Positions 38,853 to 48,394 of a stretch of DNA of 64,000 nt are shown piece by piece; within the stretch, counting starts at the first letter, position 1; each line of letters starts with the position of its first letter. This stretch comes from Lentisphaerota bacterium (GTDB lineage: Bacteria; Verrucomicrobiota; Kiritimatiellia; UBA8416; VGWJ01): the NCBI GenBank assembly GCA_016873635.1, contig VGWJ01000006.1, positions 3,102 through 67,101 of the forward strand, written 5' to 3'. A program made the position numbers and the translations under genes. The notes below the pieces were generated by a model. It saw only the letters and a list, made by a program, of their open reading frames with translations. It had not been told where the DNA came from and searched no databases.

Positions 38853-39604
38853 GCCCGCGGCTCCCCCCCGGCGGCCGACTTCTCGTCCTCGGCCGTCAGG
38901 TGCAGGAACGATTCCTCGAGGTTGCGCTTGCCGCCGGCCCGCACGGAGAGCTCGGAGAGCGTGCCGAGGGCGATCAGCCTGCCCCGCGAGACGATGCCGA
39001 TGCGGTCGGCCACGTCCTCCGCGAGCGACAGGATGTGCGTCGTGAGCATGATCGTGACGCCGTCGCGCGCCTTGCGCAGGAGCATGTCCTTGATGAGGCG
39101 GATCGTGTGCGGGTCGAGCCCCACGAGCGGCTCGTCGATGAAGAGCACCCGGGGATCGTGCAGGAAGGTGCAGGCGTAGATGAGGCGTTGCTTCATGCCG
39201 TGCGAGAGCTCCTTGATCAGCGCGGAACGGTAGTCCAGCAGGCCGAAGAGGGCGAAGGTTTCGCGCATGGCGCGGCGCACTTCGTCGCGCGGAAGATCGT
39301 ACAGGTCGCCGATGAACTCGAAAAACTCGCCCGGGGTGAGGCGGTCGTACAGGTAGGGCATGTCGGGGATATAGCCGATCAGGCGCTTGACCGCCTCCGG
39401 TTCGCGCTGGATGTCATGGCCGCCGATGAGCGCGCAGCCGGAAGTGGGGCGCAGGAGCCCGACGAGAATCTTCATGGTCGTGGTCTTGCCGGCGCCGTTG
39501 GGTCCGAGCAGGCAGAAGAGCTCGCCGCGGGGCACGCTGAGATCGAGGTCGCGCACGGCGTGCGTGCGCCCGAAGCGCTTGTTCAGTCCGCGGATTTCTA
39601 TCAT
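38849..39604 (-). CDS. ABC transporter ATP-binding protein (ABC-2 subfamily).
   Basis: Walker A GPNGAGKTT, signature LSHGMKQRL, Walker B LFIDEP. Confidence 0.9.
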   Translation of the reverse strand: MIEIRGLNKRFGRTHAVRDLDLSVPRGELFCLLGPNGAGKTTTMKILVGLLRPTSGCALIGGHDIQREPEAVKRLIGYIPDMPYLYDRLTPGEFFEFIGDLYDLPRDEVRRAMRETFALFGLLDYRSALIKELSHGMKQRLIYACTFLHDPRVLFIDEPLVGLDPHTIRLIKDMLLRKARDGVTIMLTTHILSLAEDVADRIGIVSRGRLIALGTLSELSVRAGGKRNLEESFLHLTAEDEKSAAGGEPRA

Positions 39605-39605
39605 C

Positions 39606-40454
39606 TCATGACTCCGGCGCCAGCAGGCGCCCGGTTATGATTTCGAGGAGTTCCACGCCCTTGCCCGTGCCCGCCGCCGCCGCCAGGGCTTCCTCCCGCG
39701 TGCACTTTTCCGCCACCCAGCCCAGCGGCGATTCCTGCCGGAGGATGTTGCCCTTCGCGTCGATCCAGGTGCGGAACTGCATGCCCTGGTAGGCGGCGGA
39801 GAGGACGGTGGCCTCGACCGGACCTTCGGGCCCGGCGACGCGTTCCACGCCGACCGCCTTGACGCGCACGGCGGTCTTCTTCAGCGTGAGGGGGTCGAGG
39901 GCCGCGAGCGACATCTCCTGCCCCGGACGCAGCCGCCTCAGCGCCAGGAAGGCGGTCGGAGAGTGGATGACGACGTCGTCGGGGATCTCGACGCGCATGT
40001 TCCGGATCTCGCCGCCCGTGTCGAGGGTGACGTCGAAGATGGCGCCCTCGGCGCGGCGGCCGCTGACGGCGACCCGCAGCGCCCCGGCGGTGAGGTTGAA
40101 CGCGAATTTCCGAAGGCGGTAGGCGGCGTCAAGGGCGGCCGTGCCCGCGGCGTAGAAGCTCTGCGGCTGTCCCATGAGCGTGACGTTCAGATCGGTGCGA
40201 TTGCTGAGCAGGTAGGAGTCCTCTCCGCCGTCGTCCGCGGTGTCGATGCCGGTGTGCGTATAGCCGACGTCCCTTCCGCCGTACTTGACTTTCATCCAGG
40301 AGTCCGACACGAGGACGTCCCGCCGCAGCAGCCGGGAGTAGCCGCGGATGGAACTGGTGAACAGCTCGGGAAAAGCCTCGTAGCGGACGAGCCACGAGGT
40401 CGTGGCGGCGCAGAACAGAACGGCGGCCGCCCTGATGAGACCCAGTTTCACCGC
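39606..40454 (-). CDS. Hypothetical membrane-anchored protein (single N-terminal TM, ~260-aa extracytoplasmic domain).
   Basis: GTG at 40454 overlaps the upstream gene's TGA (GTGA coupling). Product has diverse composition. Confidence 0.55.
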   Translation of the reverse strand, partial: AVKLGLIRAAAVLFCAATTSWLVRYEAFPELFTSSIRGYSRLLRRDVLVSDSWMKVKYGGRDVGYTHTGIDTADDGGEDSYLLSNRTDLNVTLMGQPQSFYAAGTAALDAAYRLRKFAFNLTAGALRVAVSGRRAEGAIFDVTLDTGGEIRNMRVEIPDDVVIHSPTAFLALRRLRPGQEMSLAALDPLTLKKTAVRVKAVGVERVAGPEGPVEATVLSAAYQGMQFRTWIDAKGNILRQESPLGWVAEKCTREEALAAAAGTGKGVELLEIITGRLLAPES

Positions 40455-41662
40455 CGCGGTTCCATTTCGCGCAGCCTGGCGTCCAGCGCGGCAATCTGCG
40501 TCTGCAGATCGGCCGGGACGGCGTTGGCGGGAGGCGCGGCGTGCTGCCTGTTCCATTCCTCGAAGCTCTCCCGGGCGGCCCGGAGCCGGGCGGAGAGATC
40601 CGTCTCGCGGTGCTTCAGGAGGCGCAGCCGGTCGCCGTAGGTCATGCGCTCGGCGCCTTCCGCGGCATCGTACCTGGCGCGCAGGTCCTTGACCTCCGCG
40701 TTGAAGGCGCGCGCTTCCGCCCGCAGGCGCTCGAATTCCGCGCGGTGCGGGTTGCCGCGCAGGGCGGCGTCGCGCGCGGCGGTCTGCGCGTCGGCGATGC
40801 GGGCCTCGACCTCGGCCTTGCGGCGCACGAGGGCCTTTTCCTCTTCGCCGGCTTCGTCAAAAGATCCGCGCCGCACCACGAGATCGGCGGTCTTGAGCAC
40901 GAAGGGCGAGGGCAGGTCGGGCGTTCCGGAAAGGCCGGTGCACACCGCCACGTCGCCGGACGCGGAGGCCACGAGCCTGGCAATGGCCACCGTCGTACCG
41001 GCCGCGAGTTTGCCCCTGGGCTGGCCGCCGGTGTCGTAGGCCGTTGCCTGGGCGGACTTGACGATCCCCCAGCGCGTTTCGTCGGACCGGTACGAACCGT
41101 CCGGTGTTTTGCGGGCCGGGGCGGGCCGCGCGGCGCGGGCATGCGCCAGGGCGACCGGATTGCCGGGATGGCGCGCGCGCAGGCGGCCGGCCACCGGCGC
41201 GAGGCGCGCGCCGTCGCCCCGCAACTCGGCAAGGAGGGCCTCGTATCCCGACCAGCGGGTGAAGCGGAGCGTGCCGCGCGTGTCCACGCAGGTATTGATG
41301 AAGGCGCGGGCCGGCGTCTGGATCGTTTCGAGAAGTCCGGCGCCGCCGGTGAAAGGCGTGACCGCGCTCCGCGCCATTTCCTCGGCCATTTGCTCGGCCC
41401 CCCCGATGTCGCCGGCGCGCGCGAAGCAACGGATCAACTCGCATTCGAGATCCTGGCGCAGCCGGGGATGCGGCTCGGCCCAGGGACGGGCCTGTTCGAG
41501 GCGCGAGGCGGCTGCCTGCCAGCGGCCGGAAGCAAGCAACTCCCGGGCGCGGCGCAGGTCCTCCCGGGCGGCGGCGAACCTGGCGTACGGAACCGCAAAA
41601 AGGGTAAAGGCGCAGCCGAGCAGGGCGAGCAGGTAGTAGTGCACGGCGGCTTTGAACAGCAT
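40448..41662 (-). CDS. Hypothetical protein: N-terminal TM, TPR-like helical region, C-terminal coiled coil.
   Basis: ATG at 41662, 8 bp after the upstream gene's stop. C-terminal heptad-rich Ala/Arg/Glu region. Confidence 0.6.
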   Translation of the reverse strand: MLFKAAVHYYLLALLGCAFTLFAVPYARFAAAREDLRRARELLASGRWQAAASRLEQARPWAEPHPRLRQDLECELIRCFARAGDIGGAEQMAEEMARSAVTPFTGGAGLLETIQTPARAFINTCVDTRGTLRFTRWSGYEALLAELRGDGARLAPVAGRLRARHPGNPVALAHARAARPAPARKTPDGSYRSDETRWGIVKSAQATAYDTGGQPRGKLAAGTTVAIARLVASASGDVAVCTGLSGTPDLPSPFVLKTADLVVRRGSFDEAGEEEKALVRRKAEVEARIADAQTAARDAALRGNPHRAEFERLRAEARAFNAEVKDLRARYDAAEGAERMTYGDRLRLLKHRETDLSARLRAARESFEEWNRQHAAPPANAVPADLQTQIAALDARLREMEPRR

Positions 41663-41670
41663 GGATTACC

Positions 41671-43164
41671 TCAACGGCTGTCGCCGGGGGCGGGCTCGCG
41701 CCGATAGCTTCGCGCGGAGACCCTGTATTGCCGCTCCAGACGCGTGTTGGCCGCCTCCATCTGCTCCGCGTCCAGCACCAGGTCCACGGCTACCGTGCGC
41801 AGCGTGAGGGCCTTCAGCATCCCGTCTTCGCCGGCTATCTTGAACACGTCCCTCATGTTGCTCACCGGACGGCCGTTGACGCGCGTGACCACCATGTTGC
41901 CGAAATGCTGGTACCCGACATTGATGGGGTCGGGAAGAACCGCGGCCAGGATAACGATCCGGTCGCCGGGGCGCTCGGGGGCCAGGCGGCTCGTGAGATA
42001 GAGGCTGGTGAGCCGCGAATCCACGCGGTTCATCCACTCGGGCCCGTGGGACTGAAGGTAACGGCCGGTGAGCTCGCGCAGGAGCAGGCCGCCCTCGAGC
42101 AGGTACTCGGGCCGTTCGCGGGCCGTGTTCTCGGGGATCAGCGCGTCGTCGTCGGACCAGCGGGCCAGTCGGACATCGGCTTCCCGCTCGCGGCCGTCGC
42201 GCAGCAGGCGCACGGGGACCTTGTCGCCGGGCCGCCGGCGCCCCATGATCAGATAGGCCAGGTTGAGGCGTCCGTAGTCGGGGTCGTCGTAGAAGCCGAG
42301 GTTGTCGATGTCGCGGCCGTCCCAGCTCAGCACCACGTCGCCCGGACGCAGCGCTTCGGCGGCGCCGGTGCCGGGCAGGCAGGTCATGATCTGCACCCCG
42401 CGTCCGTCGTCGGGAGCGCGCAGGTAGGCGCGCTTGGCGGGGTCGACCAGCTCCTTCCAGACGAACCCGGCCCACGCCACGCCTTCGTACGGCTCGGTCT
42501 GCGCGTCGGCCACGAAACGCGCCAGCGTGTTGTGCGGCAGCATCGCGCCGATGCGATCCTGGCGGCTGTAGGCGATGAGCACGCCCGCCAGTTTGCCGCC
42601 GTGGAACACGGGCGCGCCGGCGCGGCCGACGTTCAGCTCGGTCAGCACGCTGAAGGTCAGCGCGCCGTGCGGCGCGTGGGGGAGATCCTTGACCGCGATC
42701 TGCACGACGCGGCCGTCGCCGCGCTGCGGGCGGCGCGTCTCGTCGAGCTGCACGATGGCGACCTGCGCGTCCGGGGGGATGGTCTCCGCCACCGGCACCG
42801 CCGTGAGTCCTCCGGCCGCGGGCGCGGCGGTGTCGAAGCGCAACAGGGCGCAATCCAGCCGGCAGTCCGCCATGACGAGGCGCGCGGCGATCTTCTCGCC
42901 GCGGCCCGCGCGGCGCAGCTCGACCAGCGTCTGGTTGCGCACGAGACTCTCCGTCGTGAAGACGAGGCCGTCGCCCACGACCACGCCGTAGCCTTCGCGC
43001 TGGTCGGGCTGGCGTTTCTGCCACGGCAGGAAAGGGTCGTATTCCTGGAAGGTGACGAGCACTTCCACAAGGCTGTCTTCAACCGCGGCCCGCGCGGGCA
43101 GGGCGCGGCCGGCGGCCGCGAGCGCCGCGGCGGCGACAAACAGGCTGAACGCGAAGCTTTTCAT
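41671..43164 (-). CDS. Catalytically inactive paralog of the upstream S1C protease (trypsin-like fold plus PDZ-like region; His to Ser and Ser to Ala substitutions).
   Basis: Aligns with its neighbour. TNAHIV is replaced by FTTESLV and GNSGGPV by GRAGAPV. Signal peptide MKSFAFSLFVAAAALAAAG. The ATG at 43164 overlaps the upstream stop (ATGA). Confidence 0.75.
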   Translation of the reverse strand: MKSFAFSLFVAAAALAAAGRALPARAAVEDSLVEVLVTFQEYDPFLPWQKRQPDQREGYGVVVGDGLVFTTESLVRNQTLVELRRAGRGEKIAARLVMADCRLDCALLRFDTAAPAAGGLTAVPVAETIPPDAQVAIVQLDETRRPQRGDGRVVQIAVKDLPHAPHGALTFSVLTELNVGRAGAPVFHGGKLAGVLIAYSRQDRIGAMLPHNTLARFVADAQTEPYEGVAWAGFVWKELVDPAKRAYLRAPDDGRGVQIMTCLPGTGAAEALRPGDVVLSWDGRDIDNLGFYDDPDYGRLNLAYLIMGRRRPGDKVPVRLLRDGREREADVRLARWSDDDALIPENTARERPEYLLEGGLLLRELTGRYLQSHGPEWMNRVDSRLTSLYLTSRLAPERPGDRIVILAAVLPDPINVGYQHFGNMVVTRVNGRPVSNMRDVFKIAGEDGMLKALTLRTVAVDLVLDAEQMEAANTRLERQYRVSARSYRREPAPGDSR

Positions 43165-44669
43165 TCGCCGAGATACGCGGGCGCGGGGACCGCGTAGGCC
43201 TCCATGATCCGCGGGGCGGCGGCGGCGGCCGCTTCCGCGCCGATGATCAGCTCGTCTTCCATGCCCTCGAAACGGATCACGTGGAATCCGCCCGCCGGCG
43301 ACGCCAGGGCGCCGTTGAACTCGCGCAGATTGCGCACGCGCGTCCCGTTGACCGTCCCGACCACGCCGTACAGGAAACTTTCGCTGTAGGTGTTGACCGG
43401 ATGCGGCAGCCGGCGTGTAAGGACCACGAACTCGTCGCGGCCTTCGCACAGGCCGTCGATCTTGGCGTAGGTGAGGAAATACAGCAGGCGCCGCGCATTG
43501 GTCTCGGACGTGGAAGACTTGATCGTTTCGAGATAGTTGCGCGAGAGGGGCGCGAACACCAGTCCGGCCAAAATCGCGTAGGGCGGACGCTCGTCGTAGA
43601 TGCGGCGGTAGCCAAAGGGGTCCGCGGGACCGGTGAGCGGCACGCTCACGCTCTGCGCGCTTCCCTTGCGCCAGACCTTCAGATCGATCGCTTCGCCCCA
43701 CTGCTTGCGCTCGAGCAGTTCCGCGAAAAGCACGCCGTTGCCGTCGAGCCGGATGGTGCCGTCGTCCGCGATATCGTGGCCGTCGATCGCGAGCAGCACG
43801 TCGCCCTCTTCCAGGCGTCCCGCGCCGCAGCCGAACGGGTCCAGGTAGTGCACCGCCACGCCCGACCGGGAATCCGGCAGGCCGAGGGCGCGGCGGAGGG
43901 CGGCGTTGCGCAGTTCGAGCGTCGCGGCGCCGAGCTCCTGGTAGCCGTGGTACGCGCCGTCGGCGATGTCGTCGAGGAAGCGCCGGATCACGGGCACGGG
44001 GATGGCGTAGCCGATGTTCTCCGCCCACGCCAGTCCCTGGAAGGCCAGGCCGACGACGCGTCCTCTGAAAAGCACCGGCCCGCCGCTGTTGCCGGGATTG
44101 ATCGCGGCGTCGACCTGCAGCACGAGGTGATGATCGACGCCGCTGTGGGAGTAGACGCTGTAGTCGATGCGCGAGACCACGCCCCGGGTCAGCGAAAGCC
44201 GGTCGCCCCCCATGGGGTAGCCCAGCACGGTGACCGTGTCGCTCAGGCGCGGCAGGGCGCCGGCGAGTTCCAGCGAGGTCGTGCCTTCGAAGAAGGAGGG
44301 GTCGGCGACTTCCAGCGTGGCGAGGTCGCAGTCGTGGCCGGCGAAACGGACGGCGGCGTCATAGCGCCGCGGATCGCCGTCCTTCTGGATCTGGATGAAG
44401 CGGGCATTGGAGACGATGTGGGCGTTGGTCAGGATGCGGCGCCTGCCGATGATGAAGCCGGTGCCGGTGCCGTTCATCATGCGGCCGCCCTGCCAGGGCA
44501 GGCTGTAGTCGTCCTCCTGCTTCGTGACGTGGATCTTCACGACCGAGCGGCGCGCGGTCTGAAAGGGCACCGCCAGCCCCGCGGTGGCCGTGTCGGCGGC
44601 CGCGAGCGCGAGGGCGAGGGCGAGGGCGAAGGCCGGGTTGACCGTTGACTTCATCATGCGAAGAGGCAT
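43161..44669 (-). CDS. S1C-family (DegP/HtrA-like) serine protease with PDZ domain and signal peptide.
   Basis: Catalytic-triad motifs TNAHIV, D, GNSGGPV. N-terminal MMKSTVNPAFALALALALAAA. Confidence 0.85.
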   Translation of the reverse strand: MPLRMMKSTVNPAFALALALALAAADTATAGLAVPFQTARRSVVKIHVTKQEDDYSLPWQGGRMMNGTGTGFIIGRRRILTNAHIVSNARFIQIQKDGDPRRYDAAVRFAGHDCDLATLEVADPSFFEGTTSLELAGALPRLSDTVTVLGYPMGGDRLSLTRGVVSRIDYSVYSHSGVDHHLVLQVDAAINPGNSGGPVLFRGRVVGLAFQGLAWAENIGYAIPVPVIRRFLDDIADGAYHGYQELGAATLELRNAALRRALGLPDSRSGVAVHYLDPFGCGAGRLEEGDVLLAIDGHDIADDGTIRLDGNGVLFAELLERKQWGEAIDLKVWRKGSAQSVSVPLTGPADPFGYRRIYDERPPYAILAGLVFAPLSRNYLETIKSSTSETNARRLLYFLTYAKIDGLCEGRDEFVVLTRRLPHPVNTYSESFLYGVVGTVNGTRVRNLREFNGALASPAGGFHVIRFEGMEDELIIGAEAAAAAAPRIMEAYAVPAPAYLGE

Positions 44670-44746
44670 AGTAGAACAGGCGAGGGGCCGGAAGCAATGC
44701 CGGAGTCGTTCGTTGTTGGCGGAGTCATTTGTGTGTCGGCCTTGAT

Positions 44747-44878
44747 ATGGGCCTGAGCGATCGAGACTACATGCGCCCGGAATCGCGCGCGGCGCGGCGC
44801 GGACGGCGGCCGTCCGTCATGGACCGGCTGAAGTTCATGCTGTGGCGATGGGTCCGGCGCCTGCGCGAGGGGCGGTAG
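44747..44878 (+). CDS. Possible small basic protein of 43 aa (MGLSDRDYMRPESRAARRGRRPSVMDRLKFMLWRWVRRLREGR).
   Basis: Intergenic ORF below the track cutoff. No clear RBS. Composition is plausible but unsupported. Confidence 0.2.
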   Translation: MGLSDRDYMRPESRAARRGRRPSVMDRLKFMLWRWVRRLREGR

Positions 44879-44971
44879 CCGGATTTGCTCCCACGCGGAG
44901 GCGCACAGGCGGACCGGAAGGGGGCGGCGGGCGGGGATGCGCGCGCCTTGAGTCGTGCCGTAAGGCGCTTC

Positions 44972-45496
44972 TCAGAGGCTCAGGTTGAGCCAGATGCCGA
45001 ACTCAAGGTCCTTGAGATCGAATTCGCGGAGCGCCCGGCCGTTCTCGAAGACGTAGAACACCATCAGGTCGAAGTCTACGTGCTTGACCGGCAGGTTGAT
45101 GCCCGCGATGAACTGCCAGTAGAAACCGGTCCAGGGGTCGGCGTTGTCGCCGCGGTCAATGTAGGAATTCAGCACGCCCGCTCCGCCGCGCCAGATTCCG
45201 TCGTTGAAGATCAGGTTGAGCTGCGGCGTGTACACGGCCTCGACGGCATTGCTTCCCGTGAACGCCGGCACGTAGTCGAGGGCCACCTGCCAGTAGCCGG
45301 CTTCCTCGTGCCACTGGTAGGCCGCGGCGGCCGAAAAATTGCCGGTAAAGGGAAGGGCCTCGAAAGCCGAGTGGTCCACGTGGTAGCGGGACCCGACCGC
45401 AACGGAGCTGGAGGACGCAGACGAGGCGACAGACGGCCGGGACGGCAGTGACGTCGCCACAAGCGCGGCGGCGGCGATGGTAGTGATGGTCTTCAT
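44972..45496 (-). CDS. Hypothetical secreted protein, possibly a small outer-membrane beta-barrel (alternating aromatic/hydrophobic pattern).
   Basis: Signal peptide MKTITTIAAAALVATSL. Tyr/Trp/Phe-rich beta-strand-like periodicity. Confidence 0.55.
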   Translation of the reverse strand: MKTITTIAAAALVATSLPSRPSVASSASSSSVAVGSRYHVDHSAFEALPFTGNFSAAAAYQWHEEAGYWQVALDYVPAFTGSNAVEAVYTPQLNLIFNDGIWRGGAGVLNSYIDRGDNADPWTGFYWQFIAGINLPVKHVDFDLMVFYVFENGRALREFDLKDLEFGIWLNLSL

Positions 45497-45589
45497 GGCG
45501 CCGATTGTAGGAGGCGGCGACATCAGTGCAAGGTTTAAAGCAATGGGTTCATAGCAATGGGTCAGAAGCTGTAAGTTCCTCCGGGCGCG

Positions 45590-46021
45590 CTACGGGTACT
45601 CGGCCTGGACGGAGATGGCGATGCCCCCGCGCGGGTTGAAGATGCCGCTGACGTGCGCCCGCCTCGGTTTGACGGCGCGGACAAGGTCGTCCAGCACGCG
45701 GTTCACGACTTCCTCGTGGAAAGCGCCGTGGCTGCGGAAGGAGAAGAGATAGAGCTTCAGGGATTTGCTTTCGAGGCAGAGCTTGTCCGGGATGTAGCGG
45801 ATGGTCAGGCGTCCGAAGTCGGGCTGTCCGGTAACCGGGCAGAGCGCGGTGAATTCCGGGCATTCGAAGGTTATCCAGTAGTCCCGGCCGGGATGCGTGT
45901 TGCGGAAGGCCTCCAGGCGCGCCCTGCCCGGCGAAGCCGGATACGGCTGCCGGCTTCGCCCCAGGAGCGTGAGCCCGGCGGTGCCGGCCCGCGCCGCGGA
46001 TTTCTTGCTTGCCTGCGACAT
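45590..46021 (-). CDS. queF: NADPH-dependent 7-cyano-7-deazaguanine reductase QueF (unimodular type).
   Basis: Motifs FECPEFTALCPVTGQPDFG and E..SLKLYL. ATG at 46021. Confidence 0.85.
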   Translation of the reverse strand: MSQASKKSAARAGTAGLTLLGRSRQPYPASPGRARLEAFRNTHPGRDYWITFECPEFTALCPVTGQPDFGRLTIRYIPDKLCLESKSLKLYLFSFRSHGAFHEEVVNRVLDDLVRAVKPRRAHVSGIFNPRGGIAISVQAEYP

Positions 46022-46073
46022 GCGCCCTTCCGTTATCGTTCCCGGACAGCTACTATACGGGCGGCGGCCGTTT

Positions 46074-46574
46074 ATGAGAATGACAAAAGAAGGGAGTCCG
46101 ACGCCCGGTTGCGCGCGGAAGGCGCGGCGCGGCGGCCCGCCGTGGCGCTGGCTGCTGCTGCTGGCGCTGTGCGCGCCCATGGCCGGCTGCGCGCGCATCC
46201 GTCCGCCGCGGGGCGCCGACCCGATTGAGCGCGCGCTGATCGTGACGGGCTACTGCCGCTGCGGGAAATGCTGCGGATGGCGGCGCACGTGGTACGGGCG
46301 GCCGGTTTACTCGAGCGGGCCCAGCAAGGGGAAGACCAAGCTGGTGGGCCAGACCGCCAGCGGCACGATGGCCGTGCGGGGCACGATCGCGGCCGACACT
46401 TCCCGCTATCCCTTCGGCACGATCATGCATGTTCCCGGCTACGGCTACGGGCGGGTGGAGGACCGGGGCGGGGATGTCAAGGGCGACCACATTGACCTGT
46501 ATTTCCGCACGCACGCGGCCGCCCTGCGCTGGGGACGGCGCCAGCTGACCGTCAGGATCTGGCTCGCGCGCTGA
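46074..46574 (+). CDS. 3D-domain lipoprotein (MltA-like 3D domain ...TIAADTSRYPFGTIMHVPGYGYGRVEDRGGDVKGDHIDLYF).
   Basis: Signal/lipobox WRWLLLLALCAPMAGC. 3D-domain Asp triad. Confidence 0.7.
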   Translation: MRMTKEGSPTPGCARKARRGGPPWRWLLLLALCAPMAGCARIRPPRGADPIERALIVTGYCRCGKCCGWRRTWYGRPVYSSGPSKGKTKLVGQTASGTMAVRGTIAADTSRYPFGTIMHVPGYGYGRVEDRGGDVKGDHIDLYFRTHAAALRWGRRQLTVRIWLAR

Positions 46575-46719
46575 AGACCATCGACCAGGAGCCCGTCCAG
46601 CAATTGCCCCCTGGCGGCCGGGACGGAGCCCGACCATTCATTTCCTCGCAAAGAACGCCGGCTTCCCCCGGTTGGAGGGACCGCCTCCGTGCCGTCCGGG
46701 GCGATTCCCGGACCGAATC

Positions 46720-47280
46720 CTAGCGCGCGGCGGGCCGCATGCCGCGCGGCGGGCCGAGAATCTCGCGCAGGAGGACCGCGCGGCGCAGCGCGCCGGCCTC
46801 CGCCACGTCCGCCAGAATCTCCGGCCTGAGCTTCGCGGCGGCGGCGGAAGGACGGCCGCCTTGCTGGGCGTAGGCGTCGGCGGCCAGCGGAGCGGCGGCG
46901 GGCAGGGGAACGACGACGCCGGGCAGCGCGGGCGGAGCCGGGGGGCGCGGTTTGCGCGCGCGCGCCGCGGGGGCCGCGGGGCGTCCGGCTGCGCCTTGGC
47001 GCCGCTCCGCTCCGCCCCCGGCCGGGGCCGCAAATTCGCGCCCGGAAGACAGGGCGGAGGGCCCGGCTATCGCCGGCGCCGGGCGCGGTTGCGGCGGCGC
47101 GGGCGGCCGGGAGCGCGGTTGCGCCACGCCGGTTATTTCCTCCAGGAGACGACGCAGGGTCTCGTCCGGGTCCCGTTCCTCACGCGGCGCCGCGGGCGCC
47201 GGACCGCGGCGCCGCGACAGCTTGACGATCTGCGCCACGATGGTGGCCAGAACGATCAGCACCCAGAACAGGTTCTCCAC
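46720..47280 (-). CDS. Hypothetical membrane protein (N-terminal TM, Pro/Ala-rich tail), last gene of the flotillin operon.
   Basis: Starts 9 bp after the floA stop. Low-complexity composition keeps confidence low. Confidence 0.4.
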   Translation of the reverse strand: MENLFWVLIVLATIVAQIVKLSRRRGPAPAAPREERDPDETLRRLLEEITGVAQPRSRPPAPPQPRPAPAIAGPSALSSGREFAAPAGGGAERRQGAAGRPAAPAARARKPRPPAPPALPGVVVPLPAAAPLAADAYAQQGGRPSAAAAKLRPEILADVAEAGALRRAVLLREILGPPRGMRPAAR

Positions 47281-47288
47281 GTCCGACC

Positions 47289-48332
47289 TCAGCCCGCCGC
47301 CGGGCTTTCATGCCTGCCTTCGCCCGAGATGGACTTGCGCATGCCCGTGTCGGCTTCGATGTTCTGCAGACGGTAGAAATCCATCACGCCGAGATTGCCC
47401 TCGCGGAAAGCCTGGGCCATGGCGCGCGGCACTTCGGCCTGGGCCTCGACGACCTTGGCCTGCATCTCCTGCACGCGCGCGCGCATCTCCTGCTCCTGGG
47501 CCACGGCCATGGCGCGGCGGCCTTCGGCCTCGGCCTGGCGCATCTTCTTGTCGGCCTCGGCCCGTTCGGTCTCGAGCAGCGCGCCCACGTTGGCCACTTC
47601 GCGGGCGCCGCTGACGCCCGCGACGCTGACGTCGGCGATGTCGATGGAGACGATCTCGAACGCGGTCTGCGCGTCGAGGCCGCTGTCGAGAACGCGGCGG
47701 CTGATGTGGTCCGGGTTCTCCAGCACGGCCTTGTAGGTGCTGGCCGAGCCGATGGCGCTGACGATGCCCTGGCCCACGCGGGCGATGATCGTGTCTTCAG
47801 TCGCGCCGCCCACGAGGCGCTCGATATTGGCCCGGACCGTCACGCGGGCCTTCACCAGCAGGCGGATGCCGTCCTTGGCCACGGCGTCAAGCATGCCGAT
47901 GGACGTCTTGCTCGGATCGGGGCAGTCAATGACCTTGGGGTTGACGCTGGTCTTCACGGCATCCAGCACGTTGCGCCCGGCCAGGTCAATCGCGGCGGCG
48001 CGCTGGAACGACAGGTCAATATTGGCCTTGTCCGCCGCGATGAGGGCGTTGACCACGTTGATGACGTCGCCGCCCGCGAGGAAGTGGGCCTCGATCTGGT
48101 CCGTGGCCAGGTCCAGGCCCGCCTTGACCAGCCGGATGCGCGCGTCGACGATCAGCGACGGCGGAACGCGCCGCAGCTTCATGCCGATCAGCGACGCCAG
48201 CGAGACCGGAGCGCGCGACATGTACGCCCGGATCCAGACGTTGAGGAACTGCAGAAAGATCAGCACGAAGACGAATGCGCCGATGGCGAGAATGACCATC
48301 AGAACGGCAAGAAACTTTGATACTAGCGGCAT
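47289..48332 (-). CDS. floA: Flotillin-like protein FloA (UPF0365/SPFH family).
   Basis: [26 protein letters not shown]... plus the conserved SPFH body. Confidence 0.85.
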   Translation of the reverse strand: MPLVSKFLAVLMVILAIGAFVFVLIFLQFLNVWIRAYMSRAPVSLASLIGMKLRRVPPSLIVDARIRLVKAGLDLATDQIEAHFLAGGDVINVVNALIAADKANIDLSFQRAAAIDLAGRNVLDAVKTSVNPKVIDCPDPSKTSIGMLDAVAKDGIRLLVKARVTVRANIERLVGGATEDTIIARVGQGIVSAIGSASTYKAVLENPDHISRRVLDSGLDAQTAFEIVSIDIADVSVAGVSGAREVANVGALLETERAEADKKMRQAEAEGRRAMAVAQEQEMRARVQEMQAKVVEAQAEVPRAMAQAFREGNLGVMDFYRLQNIEADTGMRKSISGEGRHESPAAG

Positions 48333-48394
48333 GGCTGTACTCCCCCTTGCTGGCTATTGGTTGTTGGCTGCATTTTCGCCGGCTGCTGAGATCC

